Shown here: piece by piece, positions 41,001 to 47,303 of the stretch
Layout: each line of letters begins with the position of its first letter
Position numbering within the stretch: position 1 is the first letter of the stretch
NCBI GenBank assembly: GCA_965226055.1
Contig: CBDDCA010000005.1
Span: 96,001-160,000 of the forward strand
DNA: 64,000 nucleotides
Origin: Spirochaetia bacterium
GTDB lineage: Bacteria; Spirochaetota; Spirochaetia; WTKD01; G963693115
Reading direction: 5' to 3'
The notes under the pieces: generated by a model
Seen by the model: only the letters and a program-made list of their open reading frames with translations
Told to the model about the DNA's origin: nothing
Databases searched by the model: none
Position numbers and translations under genes: made by a program

Positions 41001-42750
41001 GAAATTGCTTTTTAATCCTCACTACTATGTTTTGATACTGCAACACAGTAAGATCGTTTATGCTTGCTTCTTGATATACCACATCAAACACATATGCCCA
41101 TGTAGGTATCTTTTCATCAGATACACTAGAGCTATCAAATATATCTGTTTTATCTACTGTCCTTCCTGCTATATGCTCTCCCCATGCTTCCAAATCTTGA
41201 TCAAATGCTTTTGTTGAATTAAACATATTCTCCATAGTAGTTACCGCATCAACTGCCCAGCCTGATATATCCTGATTAAAGGCAGTTGCTCCTTCAAACA
41301 TACCATCCATAATGGTAACTTTCTTTACATCCCATTGCGATATATCGCTATTAAATTGTGCAGTATGAAACATCTCTTTCATATCTCTCACGTTACTCAC
41401 AACCCAAATTGATATATTTCCATTAAATCGCGATCCACGAAACATCTCTTTCATTTCTCTTACATTACTGACGTCCCAACTTGATATGTCCCCAGTAAAT
41501 TGTGAATCACGAAACATACTATTCATTTCTCTCACATTACTTACATCCCAGCCTGATATATTTCCATTAAACTTTGATCCTCGGAACATCTCATTCATAT
41601 ATTTCACTTTACTGACATCCCAGCCCGATATATCTCCAGTAAAATGTTTCAGCATACTATCATTAAATATACCACTCATATCAGTAATGGCACTGACATC
41701 AATGCTATTGAGATCTGCTGTAGCATTATCAATAATCCCATTCCCATCAGCATCTACTATCACTTTTATGAGTGCTATCAGCTCTGCTTTTGTCTTAGGT
41801 TGTGTCGAATAATCCTTCACTGATACCGATACAGCTGCTTGCACATTTTTATTTACTGCTTTATCAAATTCTCCTGTCCCATTAAAAGTAACAGTAAACC
41901 TGTGAGGACTTCCCTTTGTTATCGTCTTAAGGTCTCCTGCATTTGCTGTTATTGTCCCTGTCGTGCCATCAAAATTCATCCCTGTTGGAAGTACATCTCT
42001 CCCTGCCAACACTGGGAGTAATGCAAATGTTCCTGTTGTTGTTACTGGCCACCGAGTGATAGACACATTCACTGCCCGCCCTACTATTGCCACCACTACC
42101 TTTGGCTCTAACAGCACCTCTAATGTCAACCATCTGGGATCCTCAGTAACCCCCGAATTCTTAAATACATCTTTACTCACTTTACTTACCGCAGGTGCTA
42201 CTGCCCATTGCTTCAGATCCTGAGTAAAAGCAGCTGTTCCTTCAAACATGCTGTTGATCTGTTTTACATTACTTACATCCCAGCCTGATATATCCCCATT
42301 AAATTTGGTCGCTCCCTTAAACATAGTATTCATGTTTGTTACTTTGCTTACATCCCACCTTGATATCCCTCCACGAAACTCTGTCACTCCTTCAAACATA
42401 CCACTCATATTTGTTACATGGCTTACATCCCACTCCGACACATTGCCACTAAAGGTAGGAAACTGGACAAACAAATTACTCATATCAGCAACCTTACTTA
42501 CATCTATATCGTTTAAGTCTGCTGCCATATCTTTACTTAATCGCTCAGAGATAAGCTGTAATAATTGCGACTTTGAGCTAGGCTGTACCTTTCCTCCACC
42601 CCCTCCAGGAGCAGGAGAAGATCCTCCACTAGAGCCCCCTCCTGGATCTTCACAGCCCAGTAATAGTAGTACTAGTACCAATAGTAGCATTACCCCCCCC
42701 CCCCCCATATATACAGCATTGCTATGTATAAACAAATTATTTTTTCTCAT
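35038..42750 (-). CDS. Giant surface lipoprotein with seven DUF285/BspA-like repeat modules separated by Ig-like linkers
   Basis: Lipobox LLLG-C plus G/S/P linker; dozens of 22-aa units F.GDIS.WDVSNV..M..MF; start placed at ATG 42750 (MRKNN) after AAGGAG rather than the ORF-track start at 42774. Confidence 0.92.
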   Translation of the reverse strand: MRKNNLFIHSNAVYMGGGGVMLLLVLVLLLLGCEDPGGGSSGGSSPAPGGGGGKVQPSSKSQLLQLISERLSKDMAADLNDIDVSKVADMSNLFVQFPTFSGNVSEWDVSHVTNMSGMFEGVTEFRGGISRWDVSKVTNMNTMFKGATKFNGDISGWDVSNVKQINSMFEGTAAFTQDLKQWAVAPAVSKVSKDVFKNSGVTEDPRWLTLEVLLEPKVVVAIVGRAVNVSITRWPVTTTGTFALLPVLAGRDVLPTGMNFDGTTGTITANAGDLKTITKGSPHRFTVTFNGTGEFDKAVNKNVQAAVSVSVKDYSTQPKTKAELIALIKVIVDADGNGIIDNATADLNSIDVSAITDMSGIFNDSMLKHFTGDISGWDVSKVKYMNEMFRGSKFNGNISGWDVSNVREMNSMFRDSQFTGDISSWDVSNVREMKEMFRGSRFNGNISIWVVSNVRDMKEMFHTAQFNSDISQWDVKKVTIMDGMFEGATAFNQDISGWAVDAVTTMENMFNSTKAFDQDLEAWGEHIAGRTVDKTDIFDSSSVSDEKIPTWAYVFDVVYQEASINDLTVLQYQNIVVRIKKQFPSHATGQYSIAPNTFTADTGLSFDAQKGIIKGIATQEVAKKAYTITFTGDAKFQGKSLVIPFSLEVKANQGKYAYFPNNKTELIAAIKKVMDINGDGTPDDNKADLNIIYTGNITDMSAVFHGSVLRSFNGDISGWDVSNVTNMYAMFYKSQFNGDISGWDVSNVTTMKYMFFGTSFNGNISNWKVSKVTSMSNMFRGSQFTGDISRWKVSNVAIMESMFMNSQFNGDISGWDVSSVSDMRFMFWGSPFTGDISDWDVSNVIAMNGMFNESQFTGDISRWKVSNVRDMYGMFWLSQFNGDISDWDVSNVTDMGYMFYASPFNGDVSKWDVRDVTRMKKMFASAKSFNQNISGWNVEKVTTMEEMFNSAKSFDQDLEAWGEHIPEITESGKPLDITGIFSHLPDEKIPSWVYTLVYKDTGVTVNKKVFTTSDKNIVLSIDKTPKAATGTYSVVPTTFTTDTGLIFDTATGEISGSPTVALATKEYTITFTGNGGYVGRKKSTPLTLTIQDVSAYTYTPKTNAALIADIKTVMAADADGDGNPDGNTADLNVIYTGYITDMSGIFNESALRNFNGDISGWDVSNVTTMDSMFEESKFTGENGDITSWDVGNITDMNDMFKKSSYAGDISGWDVRNVTTMNEMFRETAYNNDITLWDVRNVADMELMFYKNTAFDKDISYWNVSKVATMKQMFSETGAFNQDISSWAVDVVTTMESMFQGATAFDKDLEAWGEHIAERTVNTDKIFNTADNSGVILSDKNIPTWLYDFVLTVGGTESSTISGFVGKAIEADGAITVSKKLPTTAVGSYTISPSITDIGLSLDASTGAISGSPTKVQSTKSYTLLFSGTGDYASKSYEIPFIMTVAAGKYSYSPTNKAELIAAIKDVMDTNDDGSPNDNSADLNVIYTGNITDMRELFSDDLTSFNGDISKWDVSNVTTMRSMFYDSSFNGDISNWDVSNVTTMRTMFYQSKFNGDISGWDVSNVTIMRYMFYRTPFNGDISKWDVSNVTDMEAMFYETPFTGDISEWDVSSVGNMRHMFWGTPFNGDISEWDVSNVIDMDTMFYKSQFTGDISRWKVSNVRNMYGMFWFSQFNGDIAGWAVDSVTTIKNMFRKTTAFDQDLEAWGEHIAGRTVDKGNIFTDANVSDENIPSWIYSISQTYGGNVASLFTMVKGQQNISIPLTNTGVSTFNATGDYSILPSTFTADTGLTFSGGSGASGLISGSPTKALALRKYIIVFTGTGDYAGKRRTKEFTIHIHDGSGTYTYYPKTKNALIANIKTVMAADADGDGNPDGNTADLNGIYTGYITDMREVFYDSALKSFNGDISGWDVSNVVNMRNLFKESQFTGDISSWDVSNVSYMQGMFYKSQFTGDISSWDVSDVEQMYWMFRESQFNGDISDWDVSSVGNMKHMFYKSQFNGDISKWDVSNVTDMEAMFYDSPFTKDISGWDVGNVTTMYFMFAYAQFNGDISRWNVKKVTDTDYMFYKATAFNQDISGWAVDTVTTMEYMFNGATEFNQDLESWGEHVAGRKINIPGIFDKTKIPNDKIPSWTYQYQPTNKAELIKAIRQMISTNNRADLNVIYTGNIRDMSKVFNDPFLRNFNGNIARWDVSNVTTMKEMFQASKFTGDISRWNVSNVTDMSNMFLDTSFNGDISGWKVDKVEDMESMFSTSSFNGDISGWKVDKVTNMRGMFYKSKFNGDISGWNVSNVTDMGGMFHTSSFKGDISGWDVSNVTDMSNMFLNTSFKGNISKWKVDNVKFMYGMFRNSRFNGDISDWKVGNVTSMKGLFYSSSFNKDISNWDVSNVTTMRDMFRGSKFNGDISRWNVSNVTDMGDMFHGSSFRGDIKDWKVGKVTDMSYMFSNTDGFNSRIGGWDVSNVTNMAYMFSSYGLYYRPFSANISGWNVSKVENMKGMFYDNHAFNRNIAGWDVSSLTNMFEMFAGATAFDRDLYEWKDHFGSKKVNATNAFAGTAIRHKTPDWAGGTYTGPSSK
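35160..42510 (-). repeat. Intragenic arrays of ~66-75-bp units (DUF285 repeats)
   Basis: Many near-identical ACATTACTTACATCCCA...GATATATC(T/C)CCA(T/G)TAAA...AAACAT units on the + strand; boundaries approximate. Confidence 0.9.
42693..42706 (-). repeat. G14 homopolymer in signal-peptide coding region (putative phase-variation tract)
   Basis: C14 on + strand; coding strand reads ATG GGG GGG GGG GGG GTA ATG. Confidence 0.9.
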
Positions 42751-42860
42751 ATGTATCTCCTTACTTTTTTTCAAAAATATTCAATATTGTATATAATAAA
42801 CTATATTACATAATATTACAATACTGTTTCTGCGATCACCACGAGTTCAAGGACTAAATA

Positions 42861-43448
42861 CTACTTATAGGCGTTCTGTTCTTCTACTGCTTTATCAATA
42901 GAAATGCCATCAAAATATACACCTTTAATCCTCGCTTTTCCATCTCTTATAAAAATACTAGCATATACTTCTTTGCTTTCCTGATATAACTGCTCTGCTT
43001 TTTGAACTTCATCTTCGTTCATATACCAGCTGGTAATAGGAAACACAATATTACTATGATTATCTCCATCCTCTGACAGATATGGACGACTATCAATAAT
43101 AGTCTTTAAGAAATCTTTAGTATGTTCAGGACATTCTGTTTCTACCAAAGACAAAGATGCAAAGCCATCCTCAGCTACATCATATTGTACATACACTGGA
43201 GTTCCTGCCTCATAGGGAGTAGAAGGATAATAAGTAATGGCTCTGTCATCATAATTAAGATATAAGTATTTTCCACGAAAAATATCAGCAGGATCTTTTA
43301 CAATCAGCTTAAACTTATACTCTGTACCGTTTTTTAACACAGAAACACTAGAGAGTACCATAAAAAGTACAACCCCTAATTGTAAAAAGGAACACAGAAT
43401 AAAGAACAATACTCTAATTATTTTTTTATTAACATTTTTCATCATCAC
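42861..43448 (-). CDS. GDYXXLXY-domain membrane-anchored protein
   Basis: N-terminal TM, then DPADIFRGKYLYLNY; this family is usually paired with DUF2157. Confidence 0.8.
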   Translation of the reverse strand: MMMKNVNKKIIRVLFFILCSFLQLGVVLFMVLSSVSVLKNGTEYKFKLIVKDPADIFRGKYLYLNYDDRAITYYPSTPYEAGTPVYVQYDVAEDGFASLSLVETECPEHTKDFLKTIIDSRPYLSEDGDNHSNIVFPITSWYMNEDEVQKAEQLYQESKEVYASIFIRDGKARIKGVYFDGISIDKAVEEQNAYK

Positions 43449-43479
43449 ATCTCATATTAATATATTACAAAAGAATAAT

Positions 43480-44949
43480 TTATACCTCTTTTGCTATACG
43501 CCTTTCTTTTGCTCTTAGAAAAAATATATTGATTTGTAGAAATACTATACCCAATAGAATAAATACTATTCCTCGAGTAAAATAACTAAAATCCGTATTC
43601 AAAAACTGCTGTACTATCCATATACAAATAATGCATACAGAAAAATTAAGTTGCCGAATATTTACCACGCTATGTTTTTTTACGGACTGTAATAACATAA
43701 ACATAGCACTCATAAGAATAAGCACATTAAAGATAACAGTGCTAACAGCATATACTCTCATCATATACTGTTCGCCTCCTCTTATTACTGCTTGATAGGC
43801 ACTTTCTCGCATTATTAGAGCAACAAGAAACGACATACAAAGTATTGCAAAGAAATCAATAGTAACAGAAATATTTTCTTTCTTCTTTTTATGTATAGAA
43901 CGAGATACAATAAAGATATGCACCACTAAAGACAAAACAAGAATGATACCCAAAAATACAATACTCTGTTGTGTTGCTTCTCTACTATGGGTACTATACA
44001 TATTATAAAAATTAGAATCAATTACATAAAACACCACTACAAGCATTCCAAACATACCTACTATTTTATACGCATTCAATAGTACCCCTGTATGCGAATA
44101 TACTCTACTTCCAAATAAATATAGTATCTGAAAAAATAGACTATACCCAATAACCCACACGCTAGAAATAATAAACGCTGCAGAATCTATCATTGAAAGT
44201 ATCAACGATACCCCTAACCAACAAGCAATAACAATACACCAATTTTGTATTGCTACAATAAAAGATACTCTTTTGAGAGAAACAATAGATTTTTGAAATT
44301 GAATATAAAAAGGAAGAGAAATAACAAGTGGAGTAAGGTATACTAAGGACTTCAATTTATACAAATTTGAGTAGTTGGAATAAAAAAACAGTATATCGGC
44401 ATCGTAAAAAACATGTATCAAAAGCCAAATGATAGTAACAATAAACAACAAAGATAATGTAGGGCTACGAAAAATATACAAAACAGGAAGTATAAGTATA
44501 AGTACAATAAAAAGAAACTGAGAAAGTTCTGCAGGAATATGATATATTTGAGAAATAAAAGCAATAGATGCACCAAGGGAAAGCAATAAAAAACAAACGC
44601 TTCCTTCACGCCATGCAGAAGATTGCTTTTTTTGTATAAGGGTAACACCACACAGTATTTGTGCAGTAACTAAAAGCACAAAAGCAATAGATATTTTTAC
44701 TCCACTTGATAGTATATCCCAGTTGTGAGCAAAAATAAGCACGATACCAACACCAACACATAAAGCTCCAAACACCGAGAATAATACAGTCAGTATAGTT
44801 CTCTTTTTATCATGAGTGCTTTGTAATGTACTGTCTGCCATCTCCTGTTCAGCATAATATGCTTGTATTGATCTTGCAGTATCCTTATCAATGACAGCAG
44901 CATCTACGAGCTTTTGAATATCAGCTTCCATCCCTTTTTGGTTGTGCAT
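43480..44949 (-). CDS. DUF2157-domain polytopic membrane protein
   Basis: LVDAAVID..TA..I..YY, GALCVGVGIVLIFAHNWD, GASIAFISQIYHI; many TMs. Confidence 0.82.
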   Translation of the reverse strand: MHNQKGMEADIQKLVDAAVIDKDTARSIQAYYAEQEMADSTLQSTHDKKRTILTVLFSVFGALCVGVGIVLIFAHNWDILSSGVKISIAFVLLVTAQILCGVTLIQKKQSSAWREGSVCFLLLSLGASIAFISQIYHIPAELSQFLFIVLILILPVLYIFRSPTLSLLFIVTIIWLLIHVFYDADILFFYSNYSNLYKLKSLVYLTPLVISLPFYIQFQKSIVSLKRVSFIVAIQNWCIVIACWLGVSLILSMIDSAAFIISSVWVIGYSLFFQILYLFGSRVYSHTGVLLNAYKIVGMFGMLVVVFYVIDSNFYNMYSTHSREATQQSIVFLGIILVLSLVVHIFIVSRSIHKKKKENISVTIDFFAILCMSFLVALIMRESAYQAVIRGGEQYMMRVYAVSTVIFNVLILMSAMFMLLQSVKKHSVVNIRQLNFSVCIICIWIVQQFLNTDFSYFTRGIVFILLGIVFLQINIFFLRAKERRIAKEV

Positions 44950-45001
44950 ATATATCCCCTATATTATAGATTGCAAAAAATATACTTTACAAACATAAAG
45001 T

Positions 45002-45084
45002 TGCGGTAGAAAGGACTTGAACCTTCACGGCCTAGGGCCACTAGCCCCTCAAGCTAGCGTGTCTACCAATTCCACCACTACCGC
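45002..45084 (-). tRNA. tRNA-Leu (anticodon GAG)
   Basis: GCGGTAG acceptor stem, GGAATTGGTAGAC D-arm, CTAGC-TTGAGGG-GCTAG anticodon arm, long variable arm, GGTTCAAGTCC T-arm; CCA not encoded. Confidence 0.96.
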
Positions 45085-45094
45085 AGATATATGT

Positions 45095-45123
45095 AGTGTA
45101 GTAAATATACATACTTATGTCAA
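45095..45123 (-). promoter_or_regulatory. Sigma70 promoter of tRNA-Leu
   Basis: Minus strand TTGACA (45123-45118), 17 bp, TACACT (45100-45095). Confidence 0.7.
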
Positions 45124-45309
45124 TTTTCTTATATAACATTTTTTGATTCAAACATTACATGCAACATAAAAGATTTTCACAAAATGGTAAAATTCCAAAA
45201 AAAGTATTATATATCTACTTGAAAAACACTCAAGCATATACTACTATATAGTAAGTCTATATCCCTTGTAATAACTACATAATCATATGATATAGGCAAG
45301 GAGTAAATT

Positions 45310-46104
45310 ATGAAAAAAATATTGATTATATGTCTGCTACTTAGTATGAGTACAGCTCTCTTCTCACAAGAACCAGTGCAAGAAACTGTAACTGTCATTC
45401 AAGCAAAACGTACTATCCCTCCTAAATTTTTATTAGGACTTGGCTTTGATCTTCTTTTTGGTACTGATACCACGACACAATCAACATCAAAATCAGGTGA
45501 TGCTAATACATTCACAGAATCTAACCCAAAAAACGATAGTTATGATGCTGGTATTATAGGAGATTTTTATGTTGCGTTAGGAACACGTATACTCAGAAGT
45601 CTTGATATATACGGGAGATTAGGGGTAAACTATGCATTTATCCATCAGGATATTGAATTGAAAACAGATGGAAAAAATAACTTTATTTGGTATAACCGAT
45701 TCGATTTTAATATAGATGCAAATACACGATATACTTTCCCTCTTGGTTCATTTGGTGGTCCTTATGTTGGATTAGGGCTAGGACTTGCATTTAATATGTC
45801 AGAGGATATACAGTGGTTTCAGTACGATAAGGATAGTGATAAATTTGAGGTAACAACACTCAGAAATAATAACAAAAGAGCAAAAGTACATGGTTACACT
45901 AACTTTGGGCTTGGATTTTTATTTAAGACATATGACGATACTGCGTTTTCATTAGGATATAGTATGCGCTTCTACTTTTCTTCTTTATTCAACGAAGATG
46001 GAGACAAAATCTTGAAAAAAAGCAATGGAGAAACAGCAAAAATAAAATTTGGCAACAATCAATTACTGCATGGTATTAACCTTGAATTTTCAACTGCATT
46101 TTAA
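45310..46104 (+). CDS. Putative outer-membrane beta-barrel protein
   Basis: Cleavable signal peptide, alternating amphipathic strands (GPYVGLGLGLAF, FSLGYSMRFY), C-terminal Phe. Confidence 0.65.
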   Translation: MKKILIICLLLSMSTALFSQEPVQETVTVIQAKRTIPPKFLLGLGFDLLFGTDTTTQSTSKSGDANTFTESNPKNDSYDAGIIGDFYVALGTRILRSLDIYGRLGVNYAFIHQDIELKTDGKNNFIWYNRFDFNIDANTRYTFPLGSFGGPYVGLGLGLAFNMSEDIQWFQYDKDSDKFEVTTLRNNNKRAKVHGYTNFGLGFLFKTYDDTAFSLGYSMRFYFSSLFNEDGDKILKKSNGETAKIKFGNNQLLHGINLEFSTAF

Positions 46105-46122
46105 TACTCCATAGATACTACC

Positions 46123-47169
46123 ATGATACAAACATATACCATTCAGAATACCTTAGGAACAACACTCACACTCTGTAATCTTGGTGCTAGTATTCTCTCA
46201 TTTAAGAATAAGGAAGGCATGGAATGTATTGTAGGTGATAAAGATCCACATTATATTACTGCTGAGAACTATCCGTATTTCGGTCTTACTGTAGGACCTC
46301 TTGCAGGAAGAACACGTACCACTCCATTTAGAGTAAACAAAAAAAGCTATACAGTACCAGCAAATGAAAACAAGGATGTTAGTCTCCATGGAGGAGCAAC
46401 AAGACAAGATATTAGCAATAATAACAGCCCTGCACTTAGCTTTTGTGAGTGGGAGCATACCGAGTTAGAACATACTTCGATGCAAGGATATATTTTCCAC
46501 ACCACTGTCAATGCATATGATACAAAAGCATCAATACAATGTCTTATTGCTCTCAAAAACAAAGAAAACACTATCCATATTGAATACAAAGTTAGTGCAG
46601 ATTCCTCGTTCCCTATAAACCTCACTAATCATAGCTACTTTAATCTTGGAGAAAATACTATTCTTAATCATACTATCAGTATTCCTGCTTCCTATATATA
46701 TAGAGTTAATGCACTTGGACTTGCTACAGGAGAACTCATGTATGTACGTAATAGTCCGCTTGATGTACATCCTTCCACTGCCCCTGCTTTTCTGCTAAAA
46801 GACTGTATTGATGCACTAAAACATGATAGAAACGGCTTAGATCATACCTTTAAGATAGACCATAATGCAGAAAAACACAATGCCGCCATAGCTTTGGAGA
46901 ATACTAACCGTATTCTCCACTTGGCTGGTACTCTTACTCTGCACAATTATAGATTACGCACCTTTACTACCTGTCCTGCGGTAGTATGCTATACTGGTAA
47001 TTTCCTTAACAAGTACACAGCAGGAGAAAAAGCCTACAGCCAATACGAAGCAATATGCTTTGAAACACAATATCCATCAGGCTTTACTCATATCCCAACA
47101 TTTCCACAAAGTGTTGCCGATACAAAAAAACCGTGGGTGCAATGTACTGAGTACGTATTTGATGTGTAA
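46123..47169 (+). CDS. galM: Aldose 1-epimerase (GalM family)
   Basis: PYFGLTVG..AGR, LHGG, NLTNHSYFNL, GLDH, YTGNFL, ICFETQ. Confidence 0.88.
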   Translation: MIQTYTIQNTLGTTLTLCNLGASILSFKNKEGMECIVGDKDPHYITAENYPYFGLTVGPLAGRTRTTPFRVNKKSYTVPANENKDVSLHGGATRQDISNNNSPALSFCEWEHTELEHTSMQGYIFHTTVNAYDTKASIQCLIALKNKENTIHIEYKVSADSSFPINLTNHSYFNLGENTILNHTISIPASYIYRVNALGLATGELMYVRNSPLDVHPSTAPAFLLKDCIDALKHDRNGLDHTFKIDHNAEKHNAAIALENTNRILHLAGTLTLHNYRLRTFTTCPAVVCYTGNFLNKYTAGEKAYSQYEAICFETQYPSGFTHIPTFPQSVADTKKPWVQCTEYVFDV

Positions 47170-47303
47170 AACAATAGCATAGCAAGCATACCTTCCTTCT
47201 ATTTACAACCTCCTCATCATCAAGACAATTTTTACAAATTTTTATATAATAGTTATAGATACCATTTATATATCTAATTTACATAAATAACTGAGGAGAT
47301 ACT

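Noticed and set aside
35160-42510. Regular ~66-bp periodic repeats resembling a CRISPR array
   Set aside because: Units are in-frame coding repeats (22 aa) in one long ORF, the variable parts are homologous to each other, and no cas genes are present
19431-42750. Diversity-generating retroelement acting on the DUF285 genes
   Set aside because: No reverse transcriptase or non-coding template repeat in the window, and differences between copies are not visibly restricted to adenines; a trans-acting element elsewhere cannot be excluded
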